Source: an uncultured virus (IMG/VR IMGVR_UViG_3300028833_000129) | Lineage: Duplodnaviria; Heunggongvirae; Uroviricota; Caudoviricetes | Length of the DNA: 64,000 nt | Virus record (IMG/VR): IMGVR_UViG_3300028833_000129 | Direction: 5' to 3' (one strand) | Shown here: positions 20,572-29,730 of the stretch, in pieces | Position numbering within the stretch: the first letter of the stretch is position 1 | Layout: every line of letters begins with the position of its first letter | The notes under the pieces: generated by a model | What the model was told of the DNA's origin: nothing | Databases searched by the model: none | The model's input: only the letters and a program-made list of their open reading frames with translations | Position numbers and translations under genes: made by a program

Positions 20572-20595
20572 GGGGATAACAATAGGGTTATCCCC
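20572..20595. terminator. Hairpin between capsid and tail tube genes
   Basis: GGGGATAAC-AATAGG-GTTATCCCC. Confidence 0.5.
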
Positions 20596-20634
20596 ACTTA
20601 AAAAGAAAAATAAAAAGTAAAAAAATATACAATC

Positions 20635-21183
20635 ATGGCAATTTGTAATCTAAATAGAAACCTTTTAAGAACTACTTCTTGTGGGTACGTACTTCCAGAA
20701 ATTGTAGATATTTATCTTATCAACTATTCTGATATTAGTGCAACTAGTGCAACTACTGGTACTGGTACAAGCGAAGGTTGTGAAGCAATATCTGCAATAA
20801 CTTTAGTTACTGGTGCAAACGTCTATCACATAGAGCCACAGAAAAACAGTGCTTCTTTCGAAGACACGTTGGTAGTTGCAGACAATGGCACAAAGTATCG
20901 TAATGCTTCAATTACCTTTACGGTTCCTGGCAAATATGATGCTTGCATGCATGGTGCACTTGATGCATTATCACTGGGCAGATATATGGCAGTGTTGAAA
21001 ACTGCTGATGAAAATTATCTAGCATTTGGCAGAATATCCCCAGTTGAAGCAGAAACGGCAACCCTTGCAGGTGGCAGTGATAACAATGGTATGCAGATTG
21101 TTCTTGCAGGAAACATTGCAGAATCACCACTCCCTTTAACTAAGGAAGCTGTTGATGCATTACTTGAAAAAGTTGCAGAGTAA
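20635..21183 (+). CDS. Major tail (tube) protein
   Basis: 182-aa beta-rich protein after the capsid gene with MAIC...SC start, followed by a terminator. Confidence 0.6.
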   Translation: MAICNLNRNLLRTTSCGYVLPEIVDIYLINYSDISATSATTGTGTSEGCEAISAITLVTGANVYHIEPQKNSASFEDTLVVADNGTKYRNASITFTVPGKYDACMHGALDALSLGRYMAVLKTADENYLAFGRISPVEAETATLAGGSDNNGMQIVLAGNIAESPLPLTKEAVDALLEKVAE

Positions 21184-21207
21184 GAAAGTAAAAACATGGA
21201 ACATAAG

Positions 21208-21238
21208 AAACCTAGGCTTTAAAAGTCTAGGTTTTTTT
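21208..21238 (+). terminator. Intrinsic terminator
   Basis: AAACCTAGGCTTT-A-AAAGTCTAGGTTT followed by a T-run. Confidence 0.7.
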
Positions 21239-21271
21239 GTTTGATAATATGTTTATTTGAAAAAGATTATA

Positions 21272-22672
21272 ATGGGTTATAATGCATATTATTTATATCA
21301 AAAGTATATTACGATAGGAGACCAACCACCTGTTCCATTCTATCCAGAAACGTATAGTGTCAGTGGCGATAGTGAAAACCCTATGCCACTTGTTTTAAAG
21401 GAAGAGAACAGCGTGGAATGTGGTTATACAGATATTGTATATAGATGGCATCAATTGCCAATATCAACAGCATCAGAATGTTCAGCAGGCACGAAATACT
21501 ATGTTGATATATACCAAGTCAGTTATGATGGTGGCTTATCATGGGAAGATGTTGTGCCAACCACAACAAGAATTGGTGATGTATATGAAACTGGTAGCAG
21601 TGATTGTATTGAATATAGATGGATTACCAAGCCAATAACAGAAGATTATATTTGTGATACTTGCCCACCTGTTCAACCAATATATAGAACATTAACATCT
21701 GCAACAACTTGTGTGGGGTACGACAAACATACACTAGAGGAATACCAAGTTAGTTATGATGAAGGTGTTACTTGGACAACGACAGCAACATCAGCGACCA
21801 CGTTAATAGAGGCTAACAGTGAAGATTGTGGCTATATTCCTCCTGCATCTTACAAGTGGCTTGCAACTTATTATGGGGGTACAACATCATCAGCAAATTG
21901 TGATAGCACATCAGCCATTACCCAGAATGAAATTGAAACAGGTAATCTACAATCAGTTATTATTGGCACTTGTGTTACACACATAAATTATAGGGCTTTT
22001 TATGATGGAAGCATACCTGCTGGTATTTTTACAAGTGTAACCATCCCAAACACTGTTACAAGTATTGGCGATGAAGCTTTTAAACAGGCAGGCCTTACAA
22101 GCGTAATTATTCCAAATAGTGTTACAAGCATTGGAAGTTATGCTTTTCATGCTTGTCAAGGTCTTACTAGTGTAACCATTGGCAGCGGCATTACAAGCAT
22201 TAATGAAGGTGTTTTTCAATCTTGTACTAGTCTTGCAAGCGTAAACATTCCAAATACTGTTAATACTATTGGTACTGTTGCCTTTGATAATTGCCCAAGC
22301 CTTACAGGTATAACAATTCCAAATAGCGTTACTACTATTGGCGTTTGGGCTTTCATGACTTGTAGCGGCCTTACAAGTGTTGCCATTCCAAGCAGTGTTA
22401 CAAGTATTGGTAATTATGCTTTTGCTTATTGTAGAAGTCTTACAAGTGTAACAATAGGAAGTGGTGTTACAGGCATTGATGAAGGTGCTTTCCAAGATTG
22501 TACTAGTCTTACAAGTATAACAATAAATGCAACAACACCTCCAACATTAGGTAGTGCTGCATTTGGCGGCACCAACAATTGCCCAATTTATGTGCCATCT
22601 TCTAGTGTTAACGCTTATAAAACAGCTACAAATTGGAGCAATTATGCTAGTAGAATTCAGGCTATTCCATAG
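21272..22672 (+). CDS. BspA-type LRR (LRR_5) protein with N-terminal Cys/Asp-box modules; 8 LRRs
   Basis: LTSVTIPNSVTSIG..AF..C repeats; QVSYDxGxTW modules; ATTPP...IYVP...YK.A..W cap. Confidence 0.85.
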   Translation: MGYNAYYLYQKYITIGDQPPVPFYPETYSVSGDSENPMPLVLKEENSVECGYTDIVYRWHQLPISTASECSAGTKYYVDIYQVSYDGGLSWEDVVPTTTRIGDVYETGSSDCIEYRWITKPITEDYICDTCPPVQPIYRTLTSATTCVGYDKHTLEEYQVSYDEGVTWTTTATSATTLIEANSEDCGYIPPASYKWLATYYGGTTSSANCDSTSAITQNEIETGNLQSVIIGTCVTHINYRAFYDGSIPAGIFTSVTIPNTVTSIGDEAFKQAGLTSVIIPNSVTSIGSYAFHACQGLTSVTIGSGITSINEGVFQSCTSLASVNIPNTVNTIGTVAFDNCPSLTGITIPNSVTTIGVWAFMTCSGLTSVAIPSSVTSIGNYAFAYCRSLTSVTIGSGVTGIDEGAFQDCTSLTSITINATTPPTLGSAAFGGTNNCPIYVPSSSVNAYKTATNWSNYASRIQAIP

Positions 22673-22737
22673 CCTTCTTCTATAGATGGAATACAGGCTA
22701 TACCATAAATAATTCGTAATAGTTAAAAGAAGTTAAA

Positions 22738-23919
22738 ATGGCGAACGAATGTAAATATTATAAATTGCAGAAACAGTACAGATACGTTGAAGAAACAACA
22801 TGGCATGATGTAACACCTGCTGAATACCAAAAGGGAGAATTATATGAATATCAATCAGAAGATTGTGGATATATCCCACCAACTCCCCAGTACAGAACAT
22901 TAACGTCTGCAAGAACTTGTGTGGGGTATGACAAGTATGTTCTAGAAGAATACCAAGTTAGTTATGATAGTGGTGTTACTTGGACAACGACAGCAACATC
23001 AGCAACAACTTTAGTTGAAGCTGACAGCCCTGATTGTGGCTACCCACCAACGCCTGTAGAACCAATTTATAGATGGACAAATATACCAATATCAGAGGAT
23101 TATATATGTGATGATTGCCCAGAAGTTCAATATAGATGGGTAGCATCAACAGGCTATGTTTGTTCTGGAACAAACAAAATGACAAGGGAAATAGAAGAAA
23201 TTAGTTATGACAGTGGCACTACTTGGACACCAACAGGTGATGAAAGGGCAGCATTGCCAATAATTGAAGCTGCTTCTACTGATTGTGGCTATATACCTCC
23301 AACACCTCCAGCAGGTACTAAATGGATTATAACCTATCTGGATGGAACAACAAGCTCTGGCGAATGTAATTCACTTACAACGTTGGTGTATGACGAAATA
23401 CCGCCAGGTGATGTTAAAACAGTGGCGCTAGGTAATTGTGTTACAGAAATTGGCCTTTATGTTTTCAGAGCTTGTTATACTCTTACAGGCGTAACAATGG
23501 AAGGTACTGTTAGAAGTATTGATGACGAGGCATTTTCATCTTGCATTAACCTTTCAAACATCGATATGACAAATTTTACAAGAATAGATATGGATGCTTT
23601 TTATGGTTGTAGAAGTCTTACAAGTCTGTCATTACCAAGTGTTACATATATTGGTGATGGCGCTTTCAAAAGTTGTAGTGGTCTTACAAGTGTAACGCTT
23701 GGAAGAGGTGTTTCAACTATTGGCGGCGAAGCTTTCAAATATTGCACTAATCTTACTAGTATAACAATAAATGCAACAACACCACCATACATAACAAATG
23801 ACTATGCTTTTCACCATACCAACGACTGCCCCATTTATGTTCCAGCTGCAAGTGTTAACGCTTATAAAACAGCAAATTATTGGAGCACTTATGCTAGTAG
23901 AATTAGAGCAATATCATAA
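22738..23919 (+). CDS. BspA-type LRR protein with Cys/Asp-box modules; 5 LRRs
   Basis: Same architecture as the 21272 gene. Confidence 0.85.
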   Translation: MANECKYYKLQKQYRYVEETTWHDVTPAEYQKGELYEYQSEDCGYIPPTPQYRTLTSARTCVGYDKYVLEEYQVSYDSGVTWTTTATSATTLVEADSPDCGYPPTPVEPIYRWTNIPISEDYICDDCPEVQYRWVASTGYVCSGTNKMTREIEEISYDSGTTWTPTGDERAALPIIEAASTDCGYIPPTPPAGTKWIITYLDGTTSSGECNSLTTLVYDEIPPGDVKTVALGNCVTEIGLYVFRACYTLTGVTMEGTVRSIDDEAFSSCINLSNIDMTNFTRIDMDAFYGCRSLTSLSLPSVTYIGDGAFKSCSGLTSVTLGRGVSTIGGEAFKYCTNLTSITINATTPPYITNDYAFHHTNDCPIYVPAASVNAYKTANYWSTYASRIRAIS

Positions 23920-23941
23920 TTATTAAAAAACGTTAATTGAA

Positions 23942-24799
23942 ATGGCTTGCAAATTTTTTAAGCAGAAGAAACAAGTATCATACGATGATGGGGTGACATG
24001 GGTTGATGTTACCCCAGCTGAATATCAAAAAGGCAGTTTGTATGAATATGATTCAGCAGATTGCCCTAGTCCAACACCAACACCACAATACAGAACATTA
24101 ACAACAGCAACGACTTGCATTAACTATGATAAGTATGTTCTAGAGGAATATCAAGTGTCCTACGATGAAGGTGTTACGTGGACAACAACCGGAACAAGTG
24201 CAACAACTTTAATTGAAGCTAACAGTGAAGATTGTGGCTATGTCCCACCAACGCCAACGTTTAAATGGAAAGCAACTTATACTGGTGGCACAACATCATC
24301 AGCACAGTGTGATTCAACATCATCAATAACAAATGGAGAAATAAACAAAACAGGGCTTACATCAGTTGAAATTGGCACTTGTGTAACAACAATCAATGAT
24401 GATTCTTTCAGTAGCTGTTATAGCCTTACAAGTATAACCATACCTAATAGTGTTACAAGTATAGGCGAACGTGCTTTCCGATATTGCACTGGCCTTACAA
24501 GTATAGATATACCTAATAGTGTTACAAGTATTGGTAATGGCGCTTTCCGTAGTTGTAGCGGCCTTACAAGCATAACAATACCTGATAGTGTTACAAGCAT
24601 TAGTAGTGATGCTTTCGGTTATTGTAGCAACCTTACAAGTGTAACAGTATTAGCGACAACACCACCAACACTAGAAAGCAGTGCATTTTATGGTGCCAGC
24701 AATAACTTAATAATTTATGTGCCATCAGAAAGTGTTAGTGCTTACAAAGCAGCAAGTGGTTGGAGCAGTTACTCTAGTAAAATCAGAGCAATACCTTAA
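23942..24799 (+). CDS. BspA-type LRR protein with Cys/Asp-box modules; 4 LRRs
   Basis: Same architecture as the 21272 gene. Confidence 0.85.
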   Translation: MACKFFKQKKQVSYDDGVTWVDVTPAEYQKGSLYEYDSADCPSPTPTPQYRTLTTATTCINYDKYVLEEYQVSYDEGVTWTTTGTSATTLIEANSEDCGYVPPTPTFKWKATYTGGTTSSAQCDSTSSITNGEINKTGLTSVEIGTCVTTINDDSFSSCYSLTSITIPNSVTSIGERAFRYCTGLTSIDIPNSVTSIGNGAFRSCSGLTSITIPDSVTSISSDAFGYCSNLTSVTVLATTPPTLESSAFYGASNNLIIYVPSESVSAYKAASGWSSYSSKIRAIP

Positions 24800-24829
24800 T
24801 TAATATGTTTATTAAAAAATATACACGAT

Positions 24830-25813
24830 ATGAATTATAGAAATTGGTTAAGAGGTGGCAATTGTGGTTGTGGCTGCAATGGAACACCTAGGCAAATAAA
24901 CAATTGTGATTGTGATTCAATTTGGGCTGAAATTGAAAACCTTCATACGGATGATGAAGTGTTGCAGCAAGAAATAGATGAAATTGACCTTTCAAACTAT
25001 TATACAAAGTTGGAGGTTGATACACTGATTCCTACCAATGTATCAGAACTTGTCAATGATGCTGGATATATTACCAATGCTGCATTAAATGGGTATGCCA
25101 CTGAAACGTGGGTGCAAAATCAAGGCTACCTTACAGAACATCAACATCTAAAGACAGTGAACAATCAAAGTCTTATTGGTGATGGAAATATCGTTATAGA
25201 AGCGTCTGGAGGCTCTGTAACGGTCGATTCGTACCTTGACCCTACAAGTACCAACCCCGTGCAAAACAAAGTCGTTACAATGGCTTTAAATGGAAAATTG
25301 GACGTATCAGCATATACACCTGTTGACCTTTCAAATTATGCCACAAAACAATGGGTTGAAAATAAAAATTATTTAACTGAACATCAGCCATTAAAAACAA
25401 TCAATGGTCAAGTTATTAGTGGAAGTGGAAATATTGTCATAGAGGGCAGTGGAACGTCTATAACAGTAGATGAAAACCTTGACCCTACAAGTACCAATCC
25501 AGTAGAAAATAAAGCGATTGTGGGGGCTTTAAATGGCAAACTTGATGCTAGTGCATATACCCCAACAGACCTTTCAAATTACTATAGCAAACAGGAAGTT
25601 AACAACCTTATCCCTACATCAAACAGTGCTTTAACGAATGATATGCACTATATAACTTCTGCTGAAACTGTTAATTTTGCTACAACTGCTAACACATACA
25701 CTAAAACAGAAGTTAATAATCTAGTTAACAATAAGTTTTGGTGTGGCACGTTAGCAGAATATAATGCACTAGCGGTTAAAGAACCTAATGTGCTTTACTT
25801 AATTCATGAATAA
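24830..25813 (+). CDS. Tail fibre shaft-like protein
   Basis: Repeats DLSNYYTK, VSELVNDAGY, LKTVNNQSLIG.GNI, DPTSTNPV.NK; C-terminal GTLAEYNALAVKEPNVLYLI. Confidence 0.7.
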   Translation: MNYRNWLRGGNCGCGCNGTPRQINNCDCDSIWAEIENLHTDDEVLQQEIDEIDLSNYYTKLEVDTLIPTNVSELVNDAGYITNAALNGYATETWVQNQGYLTEHQHLKTVNNQSLIGDGNIVIEASGGSVTVDSYLDPTSTNPVQNKVVTMALNGKLDVSAYTPVDLSNYATKQWVENKNYLTEHQPLKTINGQVISGSGNIVIEGSGTSITVDENLDPTSTNPVENKAIVGALNGKLDASAYTPTDLSNYYSKQEVNNLIPTSNSALTNDMHYITSAETVNFATTANTYTKTEVNNLVNNKFWCGTLAEYNALAVKEPNVLYLIHE

Positions 25814-25815
25814 TT

Positions 25816-26550
25816 ATGATATTTAATAATAATCAAATAACAGGCATATATTATTCTGGTTTTACAATCGTAAAGGCGTTTTCATGTGATGGTGAATTGG
25901 TGTTTGGCGAATTTGGAAAAAAGATGGAATACCAATATTCAAATGGAACTACAGGAACTGTTGAATGCAATGGAGACCCAATATTAACTTCTGGGGACAC
26001 AAACCATCAAGTCATAAGAACACCAGATACACCTTGCTATAGAACTGTAGTTGTTGGCGATTGTGTAACAGGTATTGGTGATTCTGCATTTGAACAAGAA
26101 ACGTGTTTGGTAAGTTGCATATTGCCACAAAGTTTGGTGACAATTGGCAAGTCGGCTTTTGCACATTCTTGTTTACCTTCGATTAATATACCAAGTGGTG
26201 TTACAAGAATTGAAGGAAGTGCTTTTGCAGGCTGCACATCATTAACAGCCATAACAATTCCAATAGGGGTTAAAGAAATAACTTCTGGAGTTTTCATGAA
26301 TTGTACTAGATTAACTTCAATTGAAATACCAAGTGGCGTTACTTCCATTGGAATTTCATCTTTTGATGGTTGCAGTGGTCTTACAAGTATTAAAATTAAT
26401 GCAGTAACACCACCTGAAATATTTGCTAGTAGTTTTAGACCATTCGACAACACAAATAACTGCCCAATTTATGTTCCAGCTGCAAGTGTTAATGCATACA
26501 AAACAGCACAAAATTGGACTTTATATGCATCAAGAATCCAAGGTTTTTAA
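25816..26550 (+). CDS. BspA-type LRR protein with short N-terminal adaptor; 5 LRRs
   Basis: LRR_5 repeats and C-terminal cap; starts 2 nt after the fibre gene stop. Confidence 0.85.
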   Translation: MIFNNNQITGIYYSGFTIVKAFSCDGELVFGEFGKKMEYQYSNGTTGTVECNGDPILTSGDTNHQVIRTPDTPCYRTVVVGDCVTGIGDSAFEQETCLVSCILPQSLVTIGKSAFAHSCLPSINIPSGVTRIEGSAFAGCTSLTAITIPIGVKEITSGVFMNCTRLTSIEIPSGVTSIGISSFDGCSGLTSIKINAVTPPEIFASSFRPFDNTNNCPIYVPAASVNAYKTAQNWTLYASRIQGF

Positions 26551-26563
26551 ATAAAACGAATGA

Positions 26564-26587
26564 AAGGGTGTAGATGGCTACACCCTT
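26564..26587 (+). terminator. Intrinsic terminator
   Basis: AAGGGTGTAG-ATGG-CTACACCCTT followed by a T-rich tail. Confidence 0.7.
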
Positions 26588-26631
26588 ATTTATTTTGTCT
26601 AACAATATGTTTATTAGAAAATCTAGATTTT

Positions 26632-27255
26632 ATGGAAATTAATAAAATAAAAGTTCAAAACGTTGATTTTGATATTCGTGATATATCAGCAACAAAGACT
26701 GTTGAATTAACCCAAGCGGAGTATGATGCATTGGTAACAAAAGACCCCAATACTTTATACATCATAACTGATGCTACTGCTGGGGATTTAAGCGATTATT
26801 ATAACAAAGATGAAATTGATGATTTGTTAGACGAAATTGAAAGTGTTGCAGCGGCAGCATTAAACGACCTTGAAGAAAAGAAACTTGATGCTAGTGCATA
26901 TACACCAACTGACCTAACAAATTACTATAACAAGACAGAAGTTAATGGACTGTTGGCAAATAAGGTTGATACTACAGCGTTTTCAACTTATTCAGCAGCA
27001 ACAGAAGCAAGACTTGCAGAAGACGAAGAGGTGACAGCAGCAGCATTAAACGACCTTGATGCAACCACTGATGCAATAAATGATGTTGTCACAGCACATA
27101 CAGCAAACACTACAGTCCACATCAATTCAACTGAAAGGACAAATTGGAATGGTGCTGTTACAGCATTGGGTGGCTTGAAACTTGTAAAACTGACCCAAGC
27201 ACAGTATGATGCCCTAGCAACTAAAGATGCAAATACACTCTATATTATTGTTTAA
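26632..27255 (+). CDS. Tail fibre adaptor-like protein with two LTQAxYDAL..KD.NTLYII motifs
   Basis: Start MEINKIK lies 18 nt after the late motif; duplicated V.AAALNDL coiled segments. Confidence 0.7.
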   Translation: MEINKIKVQNVDFDIRDISATKTVELTQAEYDALVTKDPNTLYIITDATAGDLSDYYNKDEIDDLLDEIESVAAAALNDLEEKKLDASAYTPTDLTNYYNKTEVNGLLANKVDTTAFSTYSAATEARLAEDEEVTAAALNDLDATTDAINDVVTAHTANTTVHINSTERTNWNGAVTALGGLKLVKLTQAQYDALATKDANTLYIIV

Positions 27256-28088
27256 TGAAAACCTGCATTCACACTGTCATACTTAATGAACTAGACGAAT
27301 ACTTAAAGTCATGGTTGGACTATCATACAAAGATGGTTGACCAGATCTTCATATATGAAGACATTGGCAGCCATTCACATAAGCATATAACTGACCAATA
27401 TGATAATGTTACCCTCTGGAGCGTGTTTGATATATATGATAACGAACAAGGCAAGAAGAAACTGATAACAAACAGGGAAAAAGGGGGCATAAATCAAAGG
27501 TTTTACATTGTTGATGGTGTACTAAAGATACAGGCATTAAAGGTATATGATTGGTGTTTTACGTTGGATATAGACGAATACATTACATTACAAGACCCAT
27601 ATAAGGCAATTTCAGACGTTCTGGAGGGTTTTCAAGACAAAGATGCAGTATTGCTCCAATGGATGAATTTTGGAGCGTCTGGGAGGGTTTATAAGCCAAA
27701 TTATGATGGCAAGGACTATAGGGAGTTTTACACACAAAGGGGAAATGATACAGATTGGGATGCAAAGGTATGCATAAACACCAAGATATGTTGGAATTTA
27801 AACAAGATTACAAGATGGCATATTTGTGGATTGCATTGCCCAGCAGGGAATTGGGTTAAGACCAATGGAAAGAAGGATAGAAGGGCAATTGTATATGATA
27901 AAATGTATCTGAAACACTATATTACAAGGAGTTGGGAAGAATATATTTGGAAACTCTATAAAAGGGGTATGCATTGCAGGGATAGGCATAGAAAGATAGA
28001 TGATTTTTTTCAAATAAACCCTGATATGTTGCCAATGTATGACGAATTAATTAAAATAAAAGAAAAAATACTACAAAAATATGGCTAA
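27255..28088 (+). CDS. Glycosyltransferase, GT-A fold (GT2/GT92-like)
   Basis: WLDYH...IFIYED, DWCFTLDIDEYI (DxD), WMNFGASG, HYITRSWEEY motifs. Confidence 0.75.
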   Translation: MKTCIHTVILNELDEYLKSWLDYHTKMVDQIFIYEDIGSHSHKHITDQYDNVTLWSVFDIYDNEQGKKKLITNREKGGINQRFYIVDGVLKIQALKVYDWCFTLDIDEYITLQDPYKAISDVLEGFQDKDAVLLQWMNFGASGRVYKPNYDGKDYREFYTQRGNDTDWDAKVCINTKICWNLNKITRWHICGLHCPAGNWVKTNGKKDRRAIVYDKMYLKHYITRSWEEYIWKLYKRGMHCRDRHRKIDDFFQINPDMLPMYDELIKIKEKILQKYG

Positions 28089-28707
28089 TAACTTAAAAAA
28101 GTTTGCAACGGTGGCAGATTATAATGCTGCAACATTGAATTATCCAGCAGTTTCTTGGGTAACTGCAACTGATAGCATTTATTATGATAAAAGTGCACCT
28201 AATGATAAGGTTATGATTGCATGGCATACACCTAGTGATGCAAGAGATGGCGAAGATATTGTATTGTTCAATGGTGCTTCATCTGACGTTGGAGACAAAA
28301 TTTCAAGTGTAACAATTAATGATGTTGAAGTCAACCCAATTGCAGCAGTTTGGGAAAACCAATCAGTCCATAATACAGACTATGTTGTTAAGTATGGCTT
28401 GCAAAACACCACAACCATTTTCGATGCATTTACTGGTGATTTAGGTGGTGGTTGGGGCAGTGATGCACAGCCAATAGACTTTCTTGTTCCAGCCCAAATA
28501 ACAACAGTTGGCAGTCTTCCATCAAACGTTGGAAATTTGGTGCTTGAAACCACAACACCACCAACAGTTTTGTTTGGCTTTTCTGCATTAAGCCTTGATG
28601 GAATATATGTTCCAGATAATGCTGTTAACACATATAAAGCAACATGGATGGAATCAGAGAATATTATTTATCCAATATCTGATTATGATGGCGTTTTGCC
28701 AGTGTAA
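28081..28707 (+). CDS. Degenerate BspA-related protein (C-terminal cap with about one LRR)
   Basis: ETTTPPT...IYVPDNAVNTYKATW...IYPIS cap; N-terminal LKKFATVADY..P.VS motif. Confidence 0.65.
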   Translation: MANNLKKFATVADYNAATLNYPAVSWVTATDSIYYDKSAPNDKVMIAWHTPSDARDGEDIVLFNGASSDVGDKISSVTINDVEVNPIAAVWENQSVHNTDYVVKYGLQNTTTIFDAFTGDLGGGWGSDAQPIDFLVPAQITTVGSLPSNVGNLVLETTTPPTVLFGFSALSLDGIYVPDNAVNTYKATWMESENIIYPISDYDGVLPV

Positions 28708-28720
28708 AAATTGATAAATT

Positions 28721-29710
28721 ATGAAGATAGGGAATTTAGACATATCAGCGTTTAAGGTAGGTGGCAACGATTGTTCCATCTACCTAGGCGATGTTAAACT
28801 ATATCCAACAGCAGAACCAAATTTTAAATGGAAAGCAACTTATACTGGGGGCAGCGTTACAACAGCGGAATGTGATTCATCATCAGCAATAACAGAGAAT
28901 GAAGTTACATTGGCTGACCTTGAATCAGTGCTGATTGGCGACTGTGTAACAAGTATTAGCCAAAATGCTTTCAAAGGTAGTAGTGGCCTTACAAGTGTAA
29001 CAATACCTAATAGTGTTACAAGTATTGGTAGTAGCGCTTTCGGTTGGTGTACCGGCCTTACAAGTGTAACAATACCTGATAATGTTACAAGCATTGATGA
29101 ATATGTTTTTGCTTATTGCAGTAGCCTTACAAGTGTAACCATAGGAAGTGGTGTTACAAGCATTAGAAATAGTGCTTTCTCTAACTGTAGAAGTCTTCCA
29201 AACATAACAATACCTAATAGTGTTACAACCATTGGTTATGATGCTTTCAGTAGTTGTAGTGGCCTTACAAGCATAAATATTCCAAGTGGCGTTACAATAA
29301 TTAATAATAATACTTTTTTTAATTGTAGAAGTCTTCCAAGCATAACAATACCTGATAGCGTTACAAGTATTGGTAATTACGCTTTCCAAAATTGTATAAG
29401 ACTTACAAGTATAACAATACCTGATAGTGTTACAAACATTAATAGTGGCGCTTTTAGAGGTTGTAGTGGCCTTACAAGTGTAACTATTGGTAATAGTGTT
29501 ACAAGTATTGGTGATAGTGCTTTCAGAGGTTGTAGTAGTCTTACAAGTGTAACAGTTTTAGCCACAACACCGCCAACGTTAGGTAGTGGCGTATTTATAA
29601 ATACTAGCAATAACTTAATAATATATGTACCATCAGCAAAAGTTAGTACCTATAAAACAGCAAGTGGGTGGAGCAATTATGCTAGTAATATACAAGCAAT
29701 ACCAACATAA
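28721..29710 (+). CDS. BspA-type LRR protein with short N-terminal adaptor; 9 LRRs
   Basis: Nine 23-aa LRR_5 repeats (69-bp period). Confidence 0.9.
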   Translation: MKIGNLDISAFKVGGNDCSIYLGDVKLYPTAEPNFKWKATYTGGSVTTAECDSSSAITENEVTLADLESVLIGDCVTSISQNAFKGSSGLTSVTIPNSVTSIGSSAFGWCTGLTSVTIPDNVTSIDEYVFAYCSSLTSVTIGSGVTSIRNSAFSNCRSLPNITIPNSVTTIGYDAFSSCSGLTSINIPSGVTIINNNTFFNCRSLPSITIPDSVTSIGNYAFQNCIRLTSITIPDSVTNINSGAFRGCSGLTSVTIGNSVTSIGDSAFRGCSSLTSVTVLATTPPTLGSGVFINTSNNLIIYVPSAKVSTYKTASGWSNYASNIQAIPT

Positions 29711-29730
29711 TTATTCATATATAATAAACT

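Larger units (their letters stand above)
16990..20615 (+). repeat. Long direct repeat, copy 1 (3,626 bp within window)
   Basis: Matches 60375-64000 (offset 43,385); all ORF translations downstream of the holin are identical. Confidence 0.95.

Noticed and set aside
28940..29560. CRISPR-like periodic repeats
   Set aside because: The 69-bp period is the coding LRR unit; there are no unique spacers or cas genes
21272..29710. Shufflon / invertible tail fibre cassettes
   Set aside because: All LRR genes are co-oriented with their own starts; no adjacent invertase or inverted crossover repeats seen
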